Shown here piece by piece: positions 1-8,787 of a stretch of DNA of 41,918 bases. This DNA is from Gammaproteobacteria bacterium (GTDB lineage Bacteria > Pseudomonadota > Gammaproteobacteria > Enterobacterales > Alteromonadaceae), in NCBI GenBank assembly GCA_018820995.1, contig JAHJNE010000110.1:1-41918 (forward strand), read 5' to 3'. Each line of letters begins with the position of its first letter. Within the stretch, counting starts at the first letter, position 1. The notes below the pieces were generated by a model, which was not told the DNA's origin, ran no database searches, and was given only the letters and a program-made list of their open reading frames with translations. The position numbers and the translations under genes are program-made.

Positions 1-1
1 C

Positions 2-799
2 GAACATGCAGAAAAATATAATGTCAGCTGGCAAGCCATTACGAACCAGCCAAAAATTGGATTTACCAGCGTCAAGGGACCCGTCGATTTAAATCAGGTC
101 GCTACGTTGACACAATTATCATTGAACGAGCTAAAAACACTGAACCCTGGATTTAAACGGAACAATACACCACCAGGCGAACAGCCTTTGGTTTTACCTT
201 TAGCTAAAATGGATTTATTTGCCGAAAACCGCTCGCAACTTCGTTCAATAAACCTCGCTGACATTTCTCAATATAAAGTGAAGTCCGGCGATAGTTTGGG
301 ACTTATCGCTAAAAAGAACAACACGACTGTCGCAAAACTCAGAGTGCTAAATCAGCTTAAAACCGATCAGTTAAAAATTGGACAGCTGTTATTCGTCAGC
401 AAAGTGTCAAACAATCCGACATCAACAAACAAGCAAACCAATCCAAAAAAATCAATCAGTTATCAGATAAAATCAGGTGACAATCTATGGTTGATTGCCA
501 AGCAATTTAACGTGACAACCAATGAACTTGCTGCTGTGAATAAATTATCTAAAGGTAGTGCGCTAAAACCAGGTCAAAAGCTGATGATTCCTGACGTTCG
601 CCTAAAATCTAAACCAAAGGGCGCGGTCGGACAACAAAATCAGATTTATATTGTCAAAGCAGGTGATTCGTTAGATAAAATTGCAAAAATGCAGAAAGTA
701 AAATTAGCTGATTTGCTCAAATGGAACCGTCTGACAACTGCAAGCCCGCTGCAACCTGGTCAGAAATTACAGCTAAAATTAGTTTCAGGCAGCAGTTAA
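2..799 (+). CDS. mltD: Membrane-bound lytic murein transglycosylase D, C-terminal part with three LysM domains (5' end outside the window)
   Basis: Frame is open from base 2 (EHAEKYNVSWQAITNQP...). It has the MltD-type LKTLNPGFKR segment, then LysM repeats YKVKSGDSL, YQIKSGDNLWLIA and YIVKAGDSLDKIA. Confidence 0.85.
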   Translation, partial: EHAEKYNVSWQAITNQPKIGFTSVKGPVDLNQVATLTQLSLNELKTLNPGFKRNNTPPGEQPLVLPLAKMDLFAENRSQLRSINLADISQYKVKSGDSLGLIAKKNNTTVAKLRVLNQLKTDQLKIGQLLFVSKVSNNPTSTNKQTNPKKSISYQIKSGDNLWLIAKQFNVTTNELAAVNKLSKGSALKPGQKLMIPDVRLKSKPKGAVGQQNQIYIVKAGDSLDKIAKMQKVKLADLLKWNRLTTASPLQPGQKLQLKLVSGSS

Positions 800-851
800 C
801 CAAACAGCTTAACTGTCTTCTTATTTATACCAATAGTTATGTGAGGTCATT

Positions 852-1355
852 ATGTTGCAGGCTCAAAAGCGATTTCTCAATGGGTGTGGGCTGCTTGTCG
901 CTTTAATGATAAGCCCTATTGCAATGGCAGATTTCGATTATCCCGGTCAGGGCCAACTTTTAGACGAAGCTGGCAAAGAACAGAGTTTTAATTTTGGATT
1001 TTCTTTTTTACAACAAGAAGGCGAGTATTTTTTCAAAGCAGGTCGCCTTAGTATGGCTGTTGATGAAGTTCCGAAACGATACACTCTTGAATTAGTTCTG
1101 AATGACAAACAACAAATTTGGGTCAGCGACTTCAGTAAAAAGCCACTCCAAGGATTTGAATGGAAAATTGGGGAACATCAGCTGCAATTGAAAAAGGAGC
1201 GAGCGAATTCCCCTCAGGCAGGAAAATACAAATTAACTATCGATAACACCAGCTATTTTTTTACCAGTAAAAATCGCGGTCAAATCCAGTTTAAGTTCAC
1301 TGATAAAGGGATCAGTGAAATTGAAGTGGACAGCATGATGACGCAAAAACGTTAA
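852..1355 (+). CDS. Exported hypothetical protein, beta-strand-like pattern
   Basis: 167-aa ORF with GAGG RBS. N-terminal signal peptide (KRF, hydrophobic stretch, AMA/DF). No family recognised. Confidence 0.75.
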   Translation: MLQAQKRFLNGCGLLVALMISPIAMADFDYPGQGQLLDEAGKEQSFNFGFSFLQQEGEYFFKAGRLSMAVDEVPKRYTLELVLNDKQQIWVSDFSKKPLQGFEWKIGEHQLQLKKERANSPQAGKYKLTIDNTSYFFTSKNRGQIQFKFTDKGISEIEVDSMMTQKR

Positions 1356-1594
1356 ACTTCAAACGTCGAGCTTCTTTTATTAGATGGCCGCTCTGCTTGT
1401 AGCTGCAGCGGCGGCAATATCCCCCATAAAATACAAACTATTGGTGCAGGCCAAGTCCACCAGTAGTCTGTGATCACACCCAAACCGACCCACAGGCCAT
1501 AAATAGTCGCGGTGAGATGAAACACTACACCAAAGCAGCCTAAGTAAAATAGGGTCGCATTCAGCCACTTTTTGGGAACTTTCAAGTTACTCAT
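1352..1594 (-). CDS. Small membrane protein (80 aa, about 2 TM segments)
   Basis: Hydrophobic, Trp-rich ORF. Its start overlaps the HDOD gene stop by 8 nt (ATGAGTAA), suggesting translational coupling. Confidence 0.7.
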   Translation of the reverse strand: MSNLKVPKKWLNATLFYLGCFGVVFHLTATIYGLWVGLGVITDYWWTWPAPIVCILWGILPPLQLQAERPSNKRSSTFEV

Positions 1595-2765
1595 TTAAAA
1601 CACCTGATTCAGATTGCTGCAGATGACAGAAAGTATCCGTCAGCTGGAATTGTTGCAGAGCAGTCCAGCATGGCACCGGTAGGTCCTGATCCTGGCGTCG
1701 GCGACGGAAAACTACCACATAACTGCTCAGGTGCATAATGGTCTCCAATAAAGTTGGTTGTGGCACTTCATTTAAACTTAAACGATACATCACGGCATCA
1801 CAGACTTGAGTGTCAAAACCCCACAACAACATCATGTAAGCACTGATAAGACAATGATCCGGGATCCCTTCCTGAAACATATCTTCTTCCGTTAAGTGTT
1901 GTTGGCTGTGCGGCATCGCGGATAACAACACCAGCGGCCCAAGAACCTGCATCAGTCCAGCCATAAAGGCTTGCTCTGCTAACACCACACCGCTTTGCTG
2001 CGTCTTTGCCAACTGGCTGGCCATAGTCGCCAGTTCAAACGAATCGTCTAATAGCCGCTGGTGCAGATCAGGACGGATTTTTCCTTCGTATTGGCTATGC
2101 AACTGGACGGCGAATGCGACAGTTTTTACCATTGAACGCCCTAGCCTTGTAACGACTTCACCTAAATCTAAAGTCTGCCGGCTAAACCCCAAATATGCCG
2201 AATTCGCAATTTGTATCAACTTCGCGGCTAGTGGTGCTTCGCGAGCTAACGACGAGGCTACAGCGATATTAGAACTATCATCATCAGACAACAATTTCAT
2301 TAAAGTCTGATAATTAGTGCGCTGAATAGGTAAGGTATTTATCCTCCCTAGTTGATAACGACTATGTATGGTAAAAGGCCCGCGACTAAGCAATTCAACT
2401 CGTTTAAATACTTCAATCACCTGTTGTTCTGTAAAAGGTTTACCTAGCACCAAATGTGCACAATGGGTGGTTGCCAGCAGCATCGCGTCAGAATTATCTG
2501 CGCTCATTAACACACGGATTGTCATGGGGCTTTGTTCGCAAGAAAATTCCAGCAGTGTTTCGCCACTGTCAGAAGGTCCCAGACGTTCGGTTAACAGCAA
2601 ATCAATAGGTTCACTCGTTAATAATTCTCTGGCAGAAACGGCATCGGATAAATAACTGCATTGCCAGTGGGGTACTAGCCGCTGTAATAGCCGCCTTACA
2701 GCAGCCTGATACGCTGGGTCTTGTTCAACAATAATCGCCCGCAACAATTTCTGTTGTTCAGTCAT
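1587..2765 (-). CDS. Pseudo-receiver plus HDOD domain signalling protein
   Basis: N-terminal REC-like fold (AIIVEQD, DLLLTE, GKPF). HDOD motifs: AKLIQIANSAYLG, AFMAGL, DHCLISAYMMLLWGF. Confidence 0.85.
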   Translation of the reverse strand: MTEQQKLLRAIIVEQDPAYQAAVRRLLQRLVPHWQCSYLSDAVSARELLTSEPIDLLLTERLGPSDSGETLLEFSCEQSPMTIRVLMSADNSDAMLLATTHCAHLVLGKPFTEQQVIEVFKRVELLSRGPFTIHSRYQLGRINTLPIQRTNYQTLMKLLSDDDSSNIAVASSLAREAPLAAKLIQIANSAYLGFSRQTLDLGEVVTRLGRSMVKTVAFAVQLHSQYEGKIRPDLHQRLLDDSFELATMASQLAKTQQSGVVLAEQAFMAGLMQVLGPLVLLSAMPHSQQHLTEEDMFQEGIPDHCLISAYMMLLWGFDTQVCDAVMYRLSLNEVPQPTLLETIMHLSSYVVVFRRRRQDQDLPVPCWTALQQFQLTDTFCHLQQSESGVLNE

Positions 2766-4758
2766 CGGCTAACTGCTCCAATTGGTGTTGACTCGTATTT
2801 GACGATACATAAGTGAAAAAGTCAGCTTCTGTCAAGGGACGACTAAACACATACCCCTGAATAAGATCACATTGCATATCTCTTAAAATAGCAACTTGTC
2901 CTTTTGATTCAATACCTTCTGCGACGACTAACATATTTAGTTCGTGAGCCATCCTGATCATATGTCGCACCATACTCGCGCTTTGCGGTGAGTCTTCCAG
3001 ATCAATGAGCAAGCTTCTGTCAAGCTTTAATACATCAACCGGAAGTTTTGCCAAATAAGCCAACGAAGAATAACCAGTACCAAAATCATCCATCGACAAA
3101 TGCAAACCCAGTTGTTTCAATTGTCCTAACAACAAACTACTTTGCTCAATATCAGCCATTAAAAATGTTTCAGTAATTTCCAATTCAATCGAATCAGCAT
3201 CTAACTGATGCTTTTTCAGCAGCTGTTGAACCAGTGTCGGTAATTGAGGATCTTGCAGTTGTCGGCCAGACAAATTAATGGCTAAGCGTTGCAACCCCAA
3301 ACCTTGTTGTTGCCATTTTTTCAGTTGTGCAAAAGATTGCTCGAGCACCCACTGACCAATAACCTGAATTTGCCCATCGCGCTCGGCGATAGGAATAAAT
3401 AGTGCCGGCGAAATCCAACCCATTTTGGGATGATGCCAACGCAGTAAAGCTTCGGCACTTTGACAATAACCATTTTGCAGATAAATTTTAGGTTGAAAAT
3501 AGAGTTGTAGTTGTTGTTCTTCAACCGCCGCATATAAAGAATTACTAATTTCAAATTGTTGCCTTTTCAACTCGACAATACCTCGATCATATCGTAGGTA
3601 AAAAGCTTTTGGGTTGATTTCATTGTGATGGCAAGCCGTCACTGCATTCTGTAGTAACTGCTTAGCAGAATCGCCATCATGCGGGGCTAACGCATAACCG
3701 ACCGTAAATGCAAGTTGCAGCTTCTCAGTTCCAATTACCAGCTGCTGGCTGAAGGGTTGCACTAACTGACCTATGTGTTGCTGGACAGCACTTTCATGTT
3801 TGATCGTTGGCAGCACCACAACAAATCGATCAGCAGCAACATAAGCCAACAGTGCTTTCGCGGTGAGTTGCTGGTTCAGTATCTGCCCGATTTGCATGAT
3901 CATTTCATCCATTGCGGACTCGGACAAAGTGTCGACAAAATTCTGAAAATTAGCAATGGTCAATACCACGATGGCAAAAGGACCATTTCGGACTGAAATC
4001 AAATCTTCGATCCGGCCCAGTAACGTATTTTGATCCAATAAATCATTGACCCGCTCAAATACATCGGTGCTGAGCGAGTCAATAAATGTCAGTTTAAGTA
4101 GGTAATGGTAAATATCTGATAACCGGTGGCTTAAACTAATCAAATTGCCAGACTGACTTTTTAAACAGATATCATGGTCTTTTTTATGAAAAAATGTCGC
4201 AAGCTCAATAGGATTTATATCAATAAAAATATCTGACAATGCTTTAGCTCTCAGCTCGGAAGGTGGCATTGAAAGCACTTTCGCCGCCGCATGATTAAAT
4301 CGGGTAACCACCCCACTCGAAGATAGCTCTAGCAACGGTTCATCGCTGGACAATAGTAAATTAGTTCGTTGAGATTCGGCTTGCCGTCTTTCACGTTCAA
4401 CCATCGCACCTTCAATATCTTTTAGCAGCTGGGCATCTTCCCAAGGCTTTTCAAGAAATTTCCAGGCGGCACCACTGTTTAAACTAGCAAGTAAAGCTTC
4501 GCGATCAGCGTAACCACTTAAAATGACACCAAGCGTCTGCGGATACAGCGCTTTGACCTGCGCTAAAAACTCACTACCGTTCATACCCGGCATTCTAAAA
4601 TCGGAAATAACCAAAGAAACCGGCTGATGCGCTAACATGGCTAAACCAGCAATTCCTGATTCTGCCATCGACACCCGATAACCTGCCCGAGTCAATACTC
4701 GCTGTAATGCCCGCAATATTGCAACTTCGTCATCAACCAGCAGTATTGCCTTTGACAT
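2758..4758 (-). CDS. REC-PAS-GGDEF(degenerate)-EAL response regulator, probable c-di-GMP phosphodiesterase
   Basis: Start chosen at MSKAILLVDDE after GGGAGG. REC: ISDFRMPGMNG...KPW. GGDEF site reads AADRF. EAL motifs AEALLRW, DDFGTGYSSL and VVAEGIE are intact. Confidence 0.9.
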   Translation of the reverse strand: MSKAILLVDDEVAILRALQRVLTRAGYRVSMAESGIAGLAMLAHQPVSLVISDFRMPGMNGSEFLAQVKALYPQTLGVILSGYADREALLASLNSGAAWKFLEKPWEDAQLLKDIEGAMVERERRQAESQRTNLLLSSDEPLLELSSSGVVTRFNHAAAKVLSMPPSELRAKALSDIFIDINPIELATFFHKKDHDICLKSQSGNLISLSHRLSDIYHYLLKLTFIDSLSTDVFERVNDLLDQNTLLGRIEDLISVRNGPFAIVVLTIANFQNFVDTLSESAMDEMIMQIGQILNQQLTAKALLAYVAADRFVVVLPTIKHESAVQQHIGQLVQPFSQQLVIGTEKLQLAFTVGYALAPHDGDSAKQLLQNAVTACHHNEINPKAFYLRYDRGIVELKRQQFEISNSLYAAVEEQQLQLYFQPKIYLQNGYCQSAEALLRWHHPKMGWISPALFIPIAERDGQIQVIGQWVLEQSFAQLKKWQQQGLGLQRLAINLSGRQLQDPQLPTLVQQLLKKHQLDADSIELEITETFLMADIEQSSLLLGQLKQLGLHLSMDDFGTGYSSLAYLAKLPVDVLKLDRSLLIDLEDSPQSASMVRHMIRMAHELNMLVVAEGIESKGQVAILRDMQCDLIQGYVFSRPLTEADFFTYVSSNTSQHQLEQLADD

Positions 4759-4923
4759 GTAAAGCCTCCCCAAAGGTTATCATCTATAGACGTATCTCAA
4801 ATGTGACTCAGAAGAGTAAAGCACAATTGATAGTTTTAAACGCATGTTGCGAATAGCACTATACTCAAAAAACCTTAGCAACTGTTTGAACCTTATGAAG
4901 GTATTAATTGCGGAGTTCCTTAG

Positions 4924-5760
4924 GTGAAGAGTTTCGAGCAACAAAAGCAGCTATTACAACAAACCGACAGATTGGCGTCGTTAGGCCAATTAGCCGCGGG
5001 TATCGCTCACGAACTGAACAATCCGATTGGATATATTCTAAGCAATCTGAGCAGTTTTCAAATCTATTTGGCGATCTTTAGCAAGCTCATAAAGTTGTAT
5101 CAAGCACAGGGTCAGTGTATACCTGCAAGCGCTGAATATCAGCAAATTCAACAGCAAATAATGGAACTGCAACAAAGTGAAGACATTGATTTTCTAATGA
5201 TGGACAGCGAGTCGTTACTACAGGACTCAGTGACTGGCGCCACCAGAATGAAAGATCTAGTCCTCGATTTACGCCGTTTTTCACATCCGGACCATGCTGA
5301 GATGCAACGGATAGAGTTAGTGCCATTATTGGAAAGCACGATTCGTTTAACGCGGAATGAATTTAAATCGCAGATAGAGATTGAACGGGACTTCTGCGAG
5401 CCACTCCCTGATGTATGGGCGCAATCATCTGCTTTATCGCAAGTTTTTGTAAATATACTGCTCAATGCAACACAGGCCATTGGGTCGCAGCCGGGTAAAA
5501 TTCTCATTTCAATGCATCAAGACGCCGAACGTATCGTGATCACTATTGCAGACAGTGGTTCTGGTATTTCAGAGCTGCACCTACAACACATTTTTGAGCC
5601 TTTTTACACGACCAAGGATATAGGCAAAGGCACGGGGCTTGGGCTTTCGATTTGTCAGAGCATCATCGCGCAGCATGGTAGTGCACTGACGGCCCTGCCA
5701 ACTTCGACGCTGGGAGGCGCCGAGTTCAAATTCAGTTTGCCATTGGCTGGCAACAGATAG
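4924..5760 (+). CDS. Cytoplasmic histidine kinase (HisKA + HATPase only, no sensor domain)
   Basis: H-box LGQLAAGIAHELNNP, N-box VNILLNATQA, G1 DSGSGI, F IFEPFYTTK, G2 GKGTGLGL. GTG start after GGAG, with an in-frame TAG immediately upstream. Confidence 0.9.
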   Translation: MKSFEQQKQLLQQTDRLASLGQLAAGIAHELNNPIGYILSNLSSFQIYLAIFSKLIKLYQAQGQCIPASAEYQQIQQQIMELQQSEDIDFLMMDSESLLQDSVTGATRMKDLVLDLRRFSHPDHAEMQRIELVPLLESTIRLTRNEFKSQIEIERDFCEPLPDVWAQSSALSQVFVNILLNATQAIGSQPGKILISMHQDAERIVITIADSGSGISELHLQHIFEPFYTTKDIGKGTGLGLSICQSIIAQHGSALTALPTSTLGGAEFKFSLPLAGNR

Positions 5761-5791
5761 GTTTTTACACCGGCAGAATTAAATGAGAAAG

Positions 5792-6430
5792 TTACTGCGC
5801 ATCTTGTTGTTGCTCTGGCGCTGCAGCAATGAATGCAGGTAGCGTCTGACAATGTTGATAAACACGCGACAACGTAGGATATGGTGACATATCAAGTCCA
5901 AAGCGTAGGGCATTGTAAATTTGTGGGATCAAACACACATCGGCCCAGGTCACCGTATTGCCGAAACAACAATTTCCAGCCTCATGAACTAGTCTCAGCT
6001 CCAAAGCCTGAAAACCTTGTTGCAACCAGTGTAGGATCCAATGCAGCTTTTGCTGTTCAGACAATTGCAGCGGCCCGGTTAAATACTGCAAAACCCGTAA
6101 ATTATTGAGCGGGTGAATATCACAGGCAATATCGAGTGTGATTGCGCGGACTTTCATCGCGAGCTTTAGATCGGCGGGTAACAAATTCGGCTGTGGTTGT
6201 TTGAGCTCAATATATTCAAGCATCGCTAAAGATTGATTGAGTGTCAGATCGCCATCAACCAATGTTGGTACCAACATAGAAGGATTGAGTGTTTTATAGT
6301 CGGGTAACCGTTGTTGGCCGCCCTCTTTTAGCAGATGAACATATTGCAAATCCGCTGGCATGTCTTTGAATGCTAAGGCGATACGGACGCGATAAGCGGC
6401 AGACGAACGCCAGTAACTATATAATTCCAT
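5792..6430 (-). CDS. maiA: Maleylacetoacetate isomerase (zeta-class GST)
   Basis: MELYSYWRSSAAYRVRIAL and DIHPLNNLRVL motifs; homogentisate pathway context. Confidence 0.95.
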   Translation of the reverse strand: MELYSYWRSSAAYRVRIALAFKDMPADLQYVHLLKEGGQQRLPDYKTLNPSMLVPTLVDGDLTLNQSLAMLEYIELKQPQPNLLPADLKLAMKVRAITLDIACDIHPLNNLRVLQYLTGPLQLSEQQKLHWILHWLQQGFQALELRLVHEAGNCCFGNTVTWADVCLIPQIYNALRFGLDMSPYPTLSRVYQHCQTLPAFIAAAPEQQQDAQ

Positions 6431-6512
6431 TGGAAGATCCTTGTTCAGCTCAGCTTTGTTACAAGCCAGATTACTGCAGATTTTTGCAACAGCAAAACAC
6501 CGGCACAATAGC

Positions 6513-6539
6513 AAAAGGCCACCGATCACGGCAGCCCTT
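6513..6539 (-). terminator. Putative intrinsic terminator or processing hairpin between fahA and maiA
   Basis: Minus strand AAGGGCTGCCG-TGAT-CGGTGGCCTTTT: stem with G-U pairs and a short U tract. Confidence 0.5.
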
Positions 6540-6562
6540 GTTATTCAACACTAACGCAGCAT

Positions 6563-7582
6563 TTATGATGGCAGATACTGGACCACTTGCTGATCAATAG
6601 CGCCAAAGATACTTTGCCCTTTTGCGTCCAGCATTTCCAACCGGATCCGGTCGCCAAACTTCATAAAGCTTGTTGCCGGCTTTCCATCACGAATAGTTTC
6701 AATCATTCGCACTTCAGCGATACAACTGTAACCTAACCCACCTTCGTCGATTGAAGTGCCGTAATCTGTGCCTTGTTTATTCGAAACCGTACCAGAACCA
6801 ATCACAGCGCCGGCGCCTAAATTACGGGTTTTAGCCGCATGCGCGACGAGCTGACCAAAGTCAAAGGTCATATCGACACCGGCATTCGGTTTACCGAACA
6901 ATTTGCCATTCAGATGGGAAATTAGCGGCAAATGTAACTTCGCATCATGCCAATCTGCACCAAGTTCTTCTGGCGTCACGGCGACCGGGCTGAATGCAGA
7001 AGCGGGTTTGGATTGGAAAAAACCAAAACCTTTCGCAAGTTCATTTGGAATGAGCCCGCGCAGAGACACATCATTAACTAACATCACTAAACGGATTTGA
7101 GTACGCGCTTGTTCTGGTGTAGAGGCCATCGCGACATCGCCGGTAATGACGGCCACTTCGCCTTCAAAATCGATGCCGTATTCTTCACTGACGACTTCGA
7201 CATTATCTTGAGGTCCGATAAAATCATCCGACCCACCTTGATACATCAAAGGATCTGTCCAGAAACTTGGCGGCATTTCAGAGTTCCGGGCACGACGTAC
7301 CAGCTCAACATGGTTGACATAAGCACTGCCGTCAGCCCACTGATAAGCTCGCGGCAAAGGTGACTCACATTCAGCTTCGTTAAAAGCAAACTCACCATCG
7401 ACAGTGCCATGATTGAGACCTTGATAGACTTCTGACAGTTCGGGCGCCAAGCTCGACCAATGATCAAGCAACTGTTGCATGGTTGCGGCGATCTGCGGCA
7501 CAGCAACTGCTTTTTTCAAATCACGACTGACGACCACAAGTTTGCCATCACGGCTGCCGTTTTTCAGACTGGCTAATTTCAT
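6563..7582 (-). CDS. fahA: Fumarylacetoacetate hydrolase family protein
   Basis: MKLASLKNGSRDG, DFEGEVAV, NDVSLR, FQSKP and GSGTVSN motifs; lies between hmgA and maiA. Confidence 0.9.
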   Translation of the reverse strand: MKLASLKNGSRDGKLVVVSRDLKKAVAVPQIAATMQQLLDHWSSLAPELSEVYQGLNHGTVDGEFAFNEAECESPLPRAYQWADGSAYVNHVELVRRARNSEMPPSFWTDPLMYQGGSDDFIGPQDNVEVVSEEYGIDFEGEVAVITGDVAMASTPEQARTQIRLVMLVNDVSLRGLIPNELAKGFGFFQSKPASAFSPVAVTPEELGADWHDAKLHLPLISHLNGKLFGKPNAGVDMTFDFGQLVAHAAKTRNLGAGAVIGSGTVSNKQGTDYGTSIDEGGLGYSCIAEVRMIETIRDGKPATSFMKFGDRIRLEMLDAKGQSIFGAIDQQVVQYLPS

Positions 7583-7641
7583 TACTACAAATCCTTACTC
7601 AAGGGCTGCAGCCGGTTGTCTTTTACCCGCTGCATAACCTA

Positions 7642-8787
7642 TTAAATTGTGGTTGCCGGTTTGATTTTCCAGCTGTTGACGTAATCCGGATTTTCGGTGG
7701 ATTCTGCTGCTGGACCCACTTCTAACCCATCACGAGTATCGAGCATCACTGCTACTTCGTCGGTGAATTTCTTACGATACTCCCGCCCAGCTTGGAACGC
7801 CTTCGGATGTGGACCGTGGGTAAAGCCCGCCGGATGGAAAGTGACCATGCCCTTTTCAATATTGTCGCGGCTGAAAAAATCTCCGGCATGATAAAACAGC
7901 ACTTCATCATAATCGTCATTGTTATGATAGAACGGTACTTTTAATGCGCCAGGATCACTTTCAATCGGTCTTGGTACAAAGGTGCAAACCACAAAACGTT
8001 GCGCCACAAATGTCGTATGGGCCGAAGGTGGCAAATGATAGCGGTGGCTCATCAATGGCCTGATATCACGCCAGTTAATCCTGATCACACTTAAATCACC
8101 ATGCCAGCCAATGGCATCAAGTGGGTTAAATGGGAAAGTGACCGTCGAGACCTTGTTATAGCGTTTGATCTGCACTTTTGTTTCAGTTTCGCTATATTGC
8201 GCTTTGAATGCTTCATCAATTTTTGGCGTATCGAGCATGGCGGCATCAAATATTGCATGATTGCCAACCAGGCCTTTTTCTGGCAACTGATACGAATCAT
8301 TGGTCGCTTCAATCATCAGCACAAAAAGCGGCTCATTGGGTACAAGCCGCCACATAGTAGACCGCGGGATCACGACATAATCACCATCACGCAGCGTCAT
8401 GTGGCCATAGTCGCAATAGAGTTCAGCACTGCCTTCATGGATAAATAGCAGGTCATCGCCATCAGCGTTCCGCACCAGGTAGTCCATGGGTGCACTCAGG
8501 CGCCAAGTGCGCATTCTACAATGCGCGTTGTGCAATAAATCCGGCACCGCCCAAGGAGAATTGGCCTGATCTTCTTGAATGTTATTAAAGTTAAACAGCC
8601 GCGGTCTTAACGGGCCTTGCCAGTCACTCCAACCGGTCGGGGCATGAGTATGATGCAAATGCGACGCTGGACCAAAAAAGCCACTGCGTCCGACTTCACG
8701 CTCATATATTGCCTGCTCCGGAAAGTCCGCATGCGCTTGGCGCGATACATCACCTTCTTTTAACGGAAACGACACCCATTTACGCAT
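7642..8787 (-). CDS. hmgA: Homogentisate 1,2-dioxygenase
   Basis: Start MRKWVSFP overlaps the hppD stop (ATGCGTAA), with GGAG RBS. Motifs RNADGD, HLPPSAHTTF, PFYHNNDDYDEVLFY and HGPHP (Fe ligands). Confidence 0.95.
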   Translation of the reverse strand: MRKWVSFPLKEGDVSRQAHADFPEQAIYEREVGRSGFFGPASHLHHTHAPTGWSDWQGPLRPRLFNFNNIQEDQANSPWAVPDLLHNAHCRMRTWRLSAPMDYLVRNADGDDLLFIHEGSAELYCDYGHMTLRDGDYVVIPRSTMWRLVPNEPLFVLMIEATNDSYQLPEKGLVGNHAIFDAAMLDTPKIDEAFKAQYSETETKVQIKRYNKVSTVTFPFNPLDAIGWHGDLSVIRINWRDIRPLMSHRYHLPPSAHTTFVAQRFVVCTFVPRPIESDPGALKVPFYHNNDDYDEVLFYHAGDFFSRDNIEKGMVTFHPAGFTHGPHPKAFQAGREYRKKFTDEVAVMLDTRDGLEVGPAAESTENPDYVNSWKIKPATTI

